A stretch of DNA of 51,296 nucleotides from a virus (Duplodnaviria; Caudoviricetes), in IMG/VR virus record IMGVR_UViG_3300044675_001281, positions 1-51,296 of that record; one strand, written 5' to 3'. Shown here piece by piece: positions 26,556-34,134 of the stretch; position 1 is the stretch's first letter; each line of letters starts with the position of its first letter. The notes under the pieces were generated by a model that was not told the origin of the DNA, did no database searches, and saw nothing but the letters and a program-made list of their open reading frames with translations. Both the position numbers and the translations under genes were made by a program.

Positions 26556-28474
26556 TCTGGCTTGACTTTGAAACACGCAGCGAGTGCGATCTGACGACGG
26601 CGGGCGTATATAACTACGCTCGCCATCCAACGACGCAGATATTGTGCATGGCCTTTGCATTTAACAACGATAGCGTCAACGTCACAACTAACGTGTCGGA
26701 GATGCGTAAGATAATATCTGAGGCGCATGACCAACAGATCCGCGCACATAACGCCGCGTTCGAGCGGCTTATTATCACGCATGTGCTCGGCATACCAATG
26801 GTTATAGATCGTTTCTACTGCACCGCTGCACAAGCACGCGCTAACTGTATGCCAGGATCGCTTGAAGATGTCGGTCGCTTCATGGGCGCGACGATGCGTA
26901 AGGATCACAAGGGCGCTGCGCTTGTTAAGAAGCTCTGCACACCGCCGTTCAAAGGCACCGCTGAAGATCTTGAAGGATTGATTAGTTATTGCGCGCAAGA
27001 CGTTCGCGCCATGCGTGACTTCAGCCTACGCATCGAACCGTTGAGCGAAGAACAGCTTACAGATTACCATGTCAACGAGCGCATCAACGACAGAGGCGTG
27101 CGCGTCGATGTCGGACTATGCAAAGCCGCGCTGGCGTATTCTGAGATTGAGGTTGTTGATATTCAAAAGCGCGTGACTGAGATTACGAAAGGCGCGATCA
27201 CATCAGTCCGCAGTCCTAAGATGCGCGAGTGGGTGTTAGCGCGGTTGGGGCCGGACGCATTAAAGCTGGCTGTCAAGAACGATAAGCCGTCTATCGACAA
27301 GAGCGTGCGGGCCGCGCTGTTGTCAATAGACGACCGCGATCAAGTGCCAGCCGATGTTGTCGAGGTTATCCAAGCCGCTGATGATATGTGGGCGTCGTCT
27401 GTCGCTAAGTTCAAACGCCTCGAACAACTCGCGGGTGATGACAATCGTGTGCGCGGCGCGTTTGTATTTGCGGGTGGCAGCGCAACAGGTAGAGCGTCAT
27501 CATACGGGGCGCAAGTGCATAACTTCGCACGTAAGTGTGCAGACAAACCCGACTCGGTTCGTCAAGATATGGTGCGTCGTAAACCGATAGTGCCTATACA
27601 TGGTAAGCGCGTCACTGATGTGCTCAAGGGAATGTTACGCCCTGCGTTAATACCAGCCACTAACAAAAAGTTTGTTGTAGCAGATTGGGCGTCTATTGAA
27701 GCCCGTATAACTCCGTGGTTGTCCAATAACGGTCAAGCCAAACTAACTTTGTTTGAGACGGGCGCTGATGTTTATAAAGTAAACGCCGCTAAAACATTTA
27801 ATATCGAAGTAGATCAAGTAACAAAAGATCAGCGACAAATCGGTAAAGTTCAAGAGCTTGCGTGTGGTTTCGCTGGCGGTGTCGGCGCGTTCGCTGCGAT
27901 GGGGCGCATCTACGGTATTGATTTACCTGAGAATGAAGCGAACAAGATGGTCAAAGGCTGGCGCAGAGCAAATGATTGGGCCGCTGAGTTCTGGTCTGCG
28001 CTAGAAGTTGCATACATTGACGCAATGCGAACTGAGAATAAAGAGTTCAAGGCTGGCCGCGTAAAATACTTGCGGCAAAACAGACACCTTTGGTATATTC
28101 TCCCTTCGGGCCGGATGCTTTGCTATCCGTATGCCGAATTTAATGCCGCAAAAGAAGAGGTGACATACGCAAAAGCGTCTTTCAAGCCCAGCGCCGATGC
28201 TAAACAATGGCCGCGCGCGAGGTTATGGAAAGGACTAGCTTGTGAAAATATTACACAAGCTACCGCAGCAGATATTTTACGTCATGCTTTACGCTGCCTT
28301 GATAACGAAGGTTTTGATACTGTTCTACACGTTCACGATGAAATTGTTATTGAGACAGATAATCCAGACAAAGCACAAAAAGCATTAGAAAGAATAATGA
28401 AAACGCCGCCAGCGTGGGCGGAAGGTTTACCTTTAGACATAGAAGTTTCCGTTATGGGGCGGTATGGCAAATGA
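26552..28474 (+). CDS. DNA polymerase family A (APSE/SPO2-like) with 3'-5' exonuclease
   Basis: ExoI DFET, AHNAAFE and YCAQDV. Motif A DWASIEAR, motif B RQIGKVQELACGF and motif C HVHDE. Confidence 0.92.
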   Translation: MIWLDFETRSECDLTTAGVYNYARHPTTQILCMAFAFNNDSVNVTTNVSEMRKIISEAHDQQIRAHNAAFERLIITHVLGIPMVIDRFYCTAAQARANCMPGSLEDVGRFMGATMRKDHKGAALVKKLCTPPFKGTAEDLEGLISYCAQDVRAMRDFSLRIEPLSEEQLTDYHVNERINDRGVRVDVGLCKAALAYSEIEVVDIQKRVTEITKGAITSVRSPKMREWVLARLGPDALKLAVKNDKPSIDKSVRAALLSIDDRDQVPADVVEVIQAADDMWASSVAKFKRLEQLAGDDNRVRGAFVFAGGSATGRASSYGAQVHNFARKCADKPDSVRQDMVRRKPIVPIHGKRVTDVLKGMLRPALIPATNKKFVVADWASIEARITPWLSNNGQAKLTLFETGADVYKVNAAKTFNIEVDQVTKDQRQIGKVQELACGFAGGVGAFAAMGRIYGIDLPENEANKMVKGWRRANDWAAEFWSALEVAYIDAMRTENKEFKAGRVKYLRQNRHLWYILPSGRMLCYPYAEFNAAKEEVTYAKASFKPSADAKQWPRARLWKGLACENITQATAADILRHALRCLDNEGFDTVLHVHDEIVIETDNPDKAQKALERIMKTPPAWAEGLPLDIEVSVMGRYGK

Positions 28475-30843
28475 CTTTCGTTGATTTTCTTAAAAGCCTT
28501 GCATTTGATGGCGAGACAGCACTGTTTGTTAAACAAGTATTAAAGAAGCGTGACGGTCAGATTTATTATTTCCCTGACGGAACGCCCGATTCAACTTATC
28601 CTGCTTACTTACCAGATCAAGCGCGCATACGCGAAGGCGATGCGTGGTATGGTAACACAGGCTGCTACATATTAGAGCGTTTTACTGACGGTAAAGTTAG
28701 CGCGTCAGCCGCTAATTGTGATTACGTTCTTGTTATGATGTTAGATGATATTGGATCGTTGAAAGATTACGGTCAACTAAAGATACCGCCGTTAGAACCT
28801 ACGTGGAAGATGGAAACAAGCGAAGGTTCTATTCAGTGGGGCTATGCTTTTAATCCAGATAATCAGCCAACAACGAATGAATTCAGCGCAGCGATCAACG
28901 CCATAGCTGACGCGCTCTACACCGACAAGGGCGCGGTCAATCCCGTGCGTAACTTTCGTCTCCCTGGCAGCGTAAACTTTAAACGCGGGCGTAACAACTT
29001 TGCCGCTAAGTTGCTTGAGTTTCACCCAGACCGTTTGTTCTCGCTCGATCAGATTTGCACCGCTCTTGATGTAACGCCAGGAGAGGCGAACACAGCGCGC
29101 GGGCACCACATACGCATTAAAGATACTGGCGGTGATAATGTAACAGCATGGCTGAACGAGAACAATCTTATCTTATCCAGCAACAACAATGAAGGCTGGC
29201 GCAGCGTCATCTGTCCTAATCATGCAGAGCATAGCGAAGGATTAGAAGGCCGCTATCAGTCATCGACTAGATCATATTTCTGTTTTCACGGACATTGCAG
29301 AGACAAGATCGACAGCAATTATTTTTTAAAATGGGTTGCTGACAATGGTGGGCCGCAAGAGAAGCAAGGTTTGCGGAGTGAACTGCTAACAGATCTTGGT
29401 AAGAAGGTGCGCGCTAACATAGAACCAACTGCGGCGTTTCCAGATGATGCGAAAGCGCGTCAGACTGAAGCTGACATATTAACTGCAAAAGTAGAAGATC
29501 GCGGTAAATGGTTTAAAGAATGGGCCTATGTTGTAACTGATGATGGTTATTTTAATTTAGTTAATCGTCGTGAGGTGTCGCGCGCGTCTTTTAATGCAAT
29601 CTTTCGTGGCACTAAATGCGTGTCGATACATACTAATCGTCGCATCGAAGCGTCAACATACTTTGATGAAAACCGTGAGGCGTCAGGAGGCGAACTTGTC
29701 AATGAGATTACTTACGCAGCGGGTGAGAAGGCGCTTGTTACGCGCGATGGTCTTATCTATGGCAATAAATGGATTGACGCGCGCCCAGAGATTACACACT
29801 CAACAACAAGCATAGATCGTTGGCTGAAGCATTGTGAGACACTTGTGCCAACAGACTTTGAACGCGAGCACATCTTTGACATGATGGCGTTCAAGTTGCA
29901 ACATCCAGAGCTTAAAATTAATCATGCGGTGTTGCATGGCGGCGATGAAGGCGCTGGCAAGGATCTTATGTGGGCACCGTTTATATGGAGCATCTGCGGC
30001 CCGTTCCAGCGCAACTATGGCCTGATTAAAAACGAGCTGATAAACAATCAGTGGGGCTATCTTTTAGAAAGCGAGATCGTTGTTCTTAACGAGCTGAAGG
30101 AAGGCGAGGCCGTTGAGCGCCGCGCGCTGGCTAACCAACTTAAGCCGCTTATCGCTGCGCCGCCGGATCTTATCTCTATCAACCGTAAGGGCTTGCATCC
30201 GTATTATATGCTCAACCGTCTATTTGTGCTGGCGTTCACCAACCATCGCTTACCGATCACGCTTGAGTCGTCCGACCGTCGCTGGTTCTGTGTGTGGTCA
30301 ACGTCGCCGCGTATGAATAGTGAGGACGGCGCGGAGATGGCCGCTTGGTATCAGAAGGAAGGTTTCAACGCTATCGCTGGCTGGCTGCATGATCGCGATG
30401 TGTCTAAGTTCAATCCTGGCATGTTCCCGCCTCTGACAGACTACAAGCGTTCGCTGATCGAGAGCGGCATGTCCATCGCTGAGAGTTACATCTTAGACGC
30501 TATCAATAACCAGAAGCACCCGTTTACGCGCCGCGTTATCGGTAGCCCATTCCATAAGATATGCCAAGAGTTATCCAAGGATGATGACGCGCCGTTTACC
30601 AAGATGAAGATCCCGCCAGCGGCGCTATTTCAGGCGCTCAAAGAGGCCAAATGGATTGACTGTGGTTCTGTTGGCACAAAAGAGCATCAGACCAAGAAAC
30701 ACATGTTCTGCGCGCCTGAGATGTTGATTAAGTATAATAAATCTCAATTGCGTAACATGCTCGAAAATACGGTGAAGACAGATGTCAAGACTGAAGATAA
30801 CAATGTTGTGCATATTGATAAGTCTAAGCCTAAGTGGATGTGA
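28471..30843 (+). CDS. Primase-helicase (RepB-like AEP primase + Zn-finger + DUF5906/SF3-like helicase)
   Basis: Likely start 28471 (ATGA overlap). LDD, ETS.GS.QWGY, RLPGSVN, CP..H...CFHGHC, Walker A GDEGAGKD and DRRW. Confidence 0.85.
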   Translation: MTFVDFLKSLAFDGETALFVKQVLKKRDGQIYYFPDGTPDSTYPAYLPDQARIREGDAWYGNTGCYILERFTDGKVSASAANCDYVLVMMLDDIGSLKDYGQLKIPPLEPTWKMETSEGSIQWGYAFNPDNQPTTNEFSAAINAIADALYTDKGAVNPVRNFRLPGSVNFKRGRNNFAAKLLEFHPDRLFSLDQICTALDVTPGEANTARGHHIRIKDTGGDNVTAWLNENNLILSSNNNEGWRSVICPNHAEHSEGLEGRYQSSTRSYFCFHGHCRDKIDSNYFLKWVADNGGPQEKQGLRSELLTDLGKKVRANIEPTAAFPDDAKARQTEADILTAKVEDRGKWFKEWAYVVTDDGYFNLVNRREVSRASFNAIFRGTKCVSIHTNRRIEASTYFDENREASGGELVNEITYAAGEKALVTRDGLIYGNKWIDARPEITHSTTSIDRWLKHCETLVPTDFEREHIFDMMAFKLQHPELKINHAVLHGGDEGAGKDLMWAPFIWSICGPFQRNYGLIKNELINNQWGYLLESEIVVLNELKEGEAVERRALANQLKPLIAAPPDLISINRKGLHPYYMLNRLFVLAFTNHRLPITLESSDRRWFCVWSTSPRMNSEDGAEMAAWYQKEGFNAIAGWLHDRDVSKFNPGMFPPLTDYKRSLIESGMSIAESYILDAINNQKHPFTRRVIGSPFHKICQELSKDDDAPFTKMKIPPAALFQALKEAKWIDCGSVGTKEHQTKKHMFCAPEMLIKYNKSQLRNMLENTVKTDVKTEDNNVVHIDKSKPKWM

Positions 30844-30942
30844 GTTGACGAAGATCGTCTATCACACCTGCAAGGAAGGGCTATGCCGTTGACATTTATG
30901 AGAAACGGTGTGATCATGGTCTGACCCTTATGGAGGGTTAGC

Positions 30943-31164
30943 TCATGTTCGCCTTTGCATTACTGCAAGAATTTTTATTTTTGTTGTTTCGTCAACCTCG
31001 GCCAGCGCCTCTTCGAGCGCCAAGCGAAGGCGGTTGCTTTCGTCCACGGCGGCGGTGATCGTCCATTGTGAGCGTTGCCTAGCTTCCTCATATCCTTTAA
31101 GATAAGCGCCGCTAACTTCCTGCTGAAGGGCTTTTAGCCGCCTTTCGTATTCGGTGTTTGTCAT
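30943..31164 (-). CDS. Hypothetical coiled-coil protein
   Basis: MTNTEYERRLKALQQEVSGAYLKGYEEAR..., with the Y.KGY motif common in small phage proteins. Start taken at the internal ATG 31164. Confidence 0.5.
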   Translation of the reverse strand: MTNTEYERRLKALQQEVSGAYLKGYEEARQRSQWTITAAVDESNRLRLALEEALAEVDETTKIKILAVMQRRT

Positions 31165-31537
31165 GGCTGACCTAATGGGTTTAATCGAAGCGGATCCTAA
31201 CGCTCCCGCGGTTCCGCTATCGCAGCGGCAACTTAGCCCGCGCATTAGAAACTCATTAGCGCGGCTTAAGAGCACATTATACAACGATCCCACCGCTTAT
31301 GAATATATGCGCGACCGTATGACGAATAACCTCGCTAACATTATGGCGGGTTATAATGACTATATGCAGCCGCCTCCTATACACTATCAAGCGCAGCCGT
31401 TCTATGGCGATCTATCACAGGCGCAGATCCCGCCATCTCCCGGCTATCCTTACGATGAAACAGACGAATATTTGTTCGGCAAGTCTCGCATGGGGCCAGT
31501 TAATTACTTTAGGCCGCGCAACTATTACGGCCCGTAA
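31163..31537 (+). CDS. Orphan Pro/Tyr-rich protein on + strand within leftward region
   Basis: 124-aa open frame (MADLMGLIEADP...) with no long competing ORF over most of its length. Confidence 0.5.
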   Translation: MADLMGLIEADPNAPAVPLSQRQLSPRIRNSLARLKSTLYNDPTAYEYMRDRMTNNLANIMAGYNDYMQPPPIHYQAQPFYGDLSQAQIPPSPGYPYDETDEYLFGKSRMGPVNYFRPRNYYGP

Positions 31538-31548
31538 GTATAAATACG

Positions 31549-31613
31549 TTAAAAAGAAACCCCACGCCGTGAGGCGCAGGGCCAAGTCTAGGGGAGGTCA
31601 ACACGTCCCCTTT
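31549..31613 (-). ncRNA. Putative suhB/alpha-r8 (MmgR)-like small RNA with anti-SD core and intrinsic terminator
   Basis: The minus strand reads AAAGGGGACGTGTTGACCTCCCCTAGACTTGGCCCTGCGCC-TCAC-GGCGTGGGGTTTCTTTTT. A CCUCCC(C)UAGACUUGG core directly followed by a terminator resembles alphaproteobacterial suhB RNAs (recognised from memory, not searched). Confidence 0.5.
31551..31582 (-). terminator. Intrinsic terminator for leftward transcription
   Basis: On the minus strand GCCCTGCGCC-TCAC-GGCGTGGGGT forms 10 bp (3 G-U pairs, valid only on this strand), followed by TTCTTTTT. Confidence 0.7.
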
Positions 31614-31677
31614 AATAGCAGATCCCAAGCCCGTCGTATAGCAGGGCCGGATCTATGAGTTGGTATGTATACATCAT

Positions 31678-32022
31678 TTAAGCCCCAGTAGAACTTCGAC
31701 TATTACTGTTATCAGCACCGCTAGAGCGCTTTGTTCTTTTGTATTGTGTGCCATTTAGTCTCGCCTCCCAACATTTAACGCCATAGATGATCGTGGAATG
31801 GTCGCGCTTGAATATGCGCGCTAGTTTCAGATAGCTTGAGTGTGTCTCATGCCTAGCTCGCCACATAGCTTTATGGCGAGCGATTGTATATTTGGGCTTG
31901 TTCTTGTGGGCGACGATGTCTGACGGGAAGATTAGAAATTCATCCGCCACTTCAGCAATGATCTCTCTTACAAACACGTCGCCTTCCCTCTCTGTGTCTT
32001 TATCCCACCATGCGGAGCGCAT
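31678..32022 (-). CDS. DnaA C-terminal-like (Bac_DnaA_C) HTH protein
   Basis: II.EVA..F......I......ARH.AMW......S...LAR.F.RDHSTIIYGV matches the DnaA domain IV signature. Confidence 0.8.
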   Translation of the reverse strand: MRSAWWDKDTEREGDVFVREIIAEVADEFLIFPSDIVAHKNKPKYTIARHKAMWRARHETHSSYLKLARIFKRDHSTIIYGVKCWEARLNGTQYKRTKRSSGADNSNSRSSTGA

Positions 32023-32203
32023 CTTGGAGTTCCACTTTCTCTTTTATGACTTTGATACGCGACGCAATGCTGCCCGGTAGTTGGTTCATTGCTTCGCCTA
32101 TTTGCTGGTTTGTCAGCCCTTGCTGGCGCATATCCCAGATGCGCTGCTCATAGGGCGTTAGTGCTGCTGGGTCTTTAAGATGTCTTTGCGGTTCTATTGT
32201 CAT
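32000..32203 (-). CDS. LuxR/sigma-region-4-type HTH protein
   Basis: LTPYEQRIWDMRQQGLTNQQIGEAMN....SIASRI..IKEK. Similar to 24627-24806. Confidence 0.7.
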   Translation of the reverse strand: MTIEPQRHLKDPAALTPYEQRIWDMRQQGLTNQQIGEAMNQLPGSIASRIKVIKEKVELQDALRMVG

Positions 32204-32393
32204 TTGGATATTCCCTTAGTTTTCTTAACTTCGCCATTGTTCTGAAGGTGCGCGACAGTCCGCTGCTCGCCGTTCCTTTATCGCCGGTTAGCGATTCGGT
32301 TTCTTTTAGCGCCGCGTCAATGGCGGCATACCACCCAGCGTCAAAGAATGATCTTTTCACGGGATCGTCAATTATTTTTGGATATTCGATCAC
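32175..32393 (-). CDS. Hypothetical protein
   Basis: 72 aa with FDAGWYAA. TAGGGG RBS and GTGA coupling. Confidence 0.55.
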   Translation of the reverse strand: MIEYPKIIDDPVKRSFFDAGWYAAIDAALKETESLTGDKGTASSGLSRTFRTMAKLRKLREYPNDNRTAKTS

Positions 32394-32530
32394 GACCGCG
32401 CCCCTATCTCGCCTTCGATCAACTGGCGTCTAAAGTCATCGCACTCGTATTCCAGCATGACGCGCAAGGCGTCAGTATCGAGTCGATACAACATTTGCAA
32501 AAATTCATAATAGTCTTTCATCTTAGACAT
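32390..32530 (-). CDS. Hypothetical protein (46 aa, not in ORF track)
   Basis: MSKMKDYYEFLQMLYRLDTDALRVMLEYECDDFRRQLIEGEIGARS fills the gap, with GAGGG RBS. Confidence 0.5.
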   Translation of the reverse strand: MSKMKDYYEFLQMLYRLDTDALRVMLEYECDDFRRQLIEGEIGARS

Positions 32531-32532
32531 GG

Positions 32533-32838
32533 TTAGTAGTCCCTCTTATCTTCGCCAGCATCTTCAGCACAAGCCCCTAATAAATCATCACTGTCTATGA
32601 GCGCATCATGGATGAGCTTATAAAGCCAAAGGTCTTGTGAGAGGTTTAGTGCTGGCACGTCTTTCTTGTTGCTGTTTAACGTGATGGACGTAATATCAAT
32701 ATCAGTGATCCATGGCTCGAATATGCCAACATCGGGTTCCGCTGGCGCTATGTTATAGTCGACGTCAACTTCACCCGCCGCCATGACGGCATAGCCCTTG
32801 ATTAGTTCAAGCTCATCAAAATAATACGTGAATTTCAT
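32533..32838 (-). CDS. Acidic hypothetical protein
   Basis: 101 aa with PAEPDVGI motif and GAGGAG RBS. Confidence 0.65.
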   Translation of the reverse strand: MKFTYYFDELELIKGYAVMAAGEVDVDYNIAPAEPDVGIFEPWITDIDITSITLNSNKKDVPALNLSQDLWLYKLIHDALIDSDDLLGACAEDAGEDKRDY

Positions 32839-33083
32839 TGGTTATTCTCCTCTATCCAGAACACATAGCGCCCAGCATTAACGGTTATTGATGCAGGTTT
32901 AACAGACTGTATGAAATGGATGGCGCGGTTATATTCATCGCCATCGTTTTCACCCACGTCCCAATCATCCACGAATTGATCGAGAATGTAGGTCAGATAA
33001 TCCTGCGCCTCTTCAAACGTCTCGAAAGCCTCAGGGTCAGTTTCCGGCATGTAGCCCGGGTTGTTGTAGCCAGCTATCCACAT
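32835..33083 (-). CDS. Hypothetical protein
   Basis: 82 aa with AGYNNPGYMPE..P..F.TFEEA motif and GGAG RBS. Confidence 0.65.
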   Translation of the reverse strand: MWIAGYNNPGYMPETDPEAFETFEEAQDYLTYILDQFVDDWDVGENDGDEYNRAIHFIQSVKPASITVNAGRYVFWIEENNQ

Positions 33084-33085
33084 GA

Positions 33086-33463
33086 TTAAACCGCTCCGTA
33101 AACTGTGAAGCCTGCCTCGCGCAATGCGTTATCCCAATGCGCGCCGCTGTCCTTGCTTAAGGCATAGATAAAACCAGACAGCGATTTGATCGCATGGTTG
33201 CGCGTGTTCTCTTCATAGTCTGGGCGTGTGTATAATTTGTTTGCTGCATCAGCCAGAGCGGCGGTTTGCTTGTCATAGCCATAGCCGCCAGCAAAGCCTC
33301 GGATCATCTCTGTCCCCGTCCAGTGCACGTAGGCATAGACACGTCCTGCGCCATCGCGCGGGAATTTAAACGCGATGGTTGCGACAGGCTCGCCGTCTTT
33401 AAGAATGACGTGCGCGGCCACGTTAGAAAATGCTTTTCTGTGTTGGTCGTAAATATCAGCCAT
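33086..33463 (-). CDS. Hypothetical protein (AGGYGYDK motif)
   Basis: 125 aa with G.AGGYGYDK.TAA motif and TAGGGGA RBS. Confidence 0.7.
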   Translation of the reverse strand: MADIYDQHRKAFSNVAAHVILKDGEPVATIAFKFPRDGAGRVYAYVHWTGTEMIRGFAGGYGYDKQTAALADAANKLYTRPDYEENTRNHAIKSLSGFIYALSKDSGAHWDNALREAGFTVYGAV

Positions 33464-33488
33464 TGTCTTGTTCCCCTATGTGGATTTG

Positions 33489-33623
33489 TTACATAAAATC
33501 GCATTTAAATTGCGCGATCGCCTCGCGTTTGGTGTAGCCATAATATGTGCGCGTCACTAAATAGTTATCTATGAGCGCCGATATTTGCCATGCGCCATTG
33601 TGATTTAGTTTGATTGCTGTCAT
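33489..33623 (-). CDS. Hypothetical protein (44 aa, YYGYTKREA motif; not in ORF track)
   Basis: MTAIKLNHNGAWQISALIDNYLVTRTYYGYTKREAIAQFKCDFM, with GAGG RBS. Confidence 0.6.
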   Translation of the reverse strand: MTAIKLNHNGAWQISALIDNYLVTRTYYGYTKREAIAQFKCDFM

Positions 33624-33624
33624 T

Positions 33625-33909
33625 TCACGCCTCATCGTTTGGATTGTCGAACAGATCGCCGCACGCTAACCAAAGTATGCGGGACTGATTTGCGTCGTGA
33701 TCTGCCAAGTCATCGGCATTCCATGCGCCATACTCTTTAAGCTCAGACCGCAACAGCGCTGGGTCTATCGCGTCCAGTTGCGCGGCGATACGTGGCACTC
33801 GACGCAAGTCCGCGATGTCGCTGTCGCATGATCCTGAGTGATAGCCCATGTCAACGTCATCTTGTGTCAGTTGAAGCTCAATTCGTCCGCTTGATGTTGT
33901 GAACCACAT
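33625..33909 (-). CDS. Hypothetical protein
   Basis: ATG at 33909 after AGGGGA. HSGSCD and LKEYGAW..D.L.D...N..R.LWLACGD motifs. Confidence 0.65.
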   Translation of the reverse strand: MWFTTSSGRIELQLTQDDVDMGYHSGSCDSDIADLRRVPRIAAQLDAIDPALLRSELKEYGAWNADDLADHDANQSRILWLACGDLFDNPNDEA

Positions 33910-33966
33910 GATCTTTTCCCCTGTGGATTTATTACACAAACTACCCTAAATTGTTATGTTGATTTG

Positions 33967-34068
33967 TTACGCGTAGCAAAAATATAGGACTGCAACAGCC
34001 ATCAGCGGGACAAATAACGTCGCGGCGATGGTAAACACGATGGTTTCGATGATCTGAATGGTTCGCAT
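33967..34068 (-). CDS. 33-aa single-TM membrane peptide, first gene of the leftward operon (not in ORF track)
   Basis: MRTIQIIETIVFTIAATLFVPLMAVAVLYFCYA, with GGAG RBS. Confidence 0.55.
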   Translation of the reverse strand: MRTIQIIETIVFTIAATLFVPLMAVAVLYFCYA

Positions 34069-34092
34069 GTGATTTGCTCCTCTGATGATTTG

Positions 34093-34134
34093 ACTTTTTC
34101 ACAATTCGCGTATCTTGTCAATAGATTTATTACA
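34093..34134 (-). promoter_or_regulatory. Putative leftward early promoter with adjacent TGTAATAAATC motif
   Basis: Minus strand: TGTAATAAATC-TA-TTGACA (34121-34116)-N17-AAAAGT. The -10 is weak. Confidence 0.45.

Noticed and set aside
31356-31658. 100-aa plus-strand ORF across the hairpin region
   Set aside because: Arg-rich low-complexity translation overlapping a better ORF and the structured RNA/terminator.
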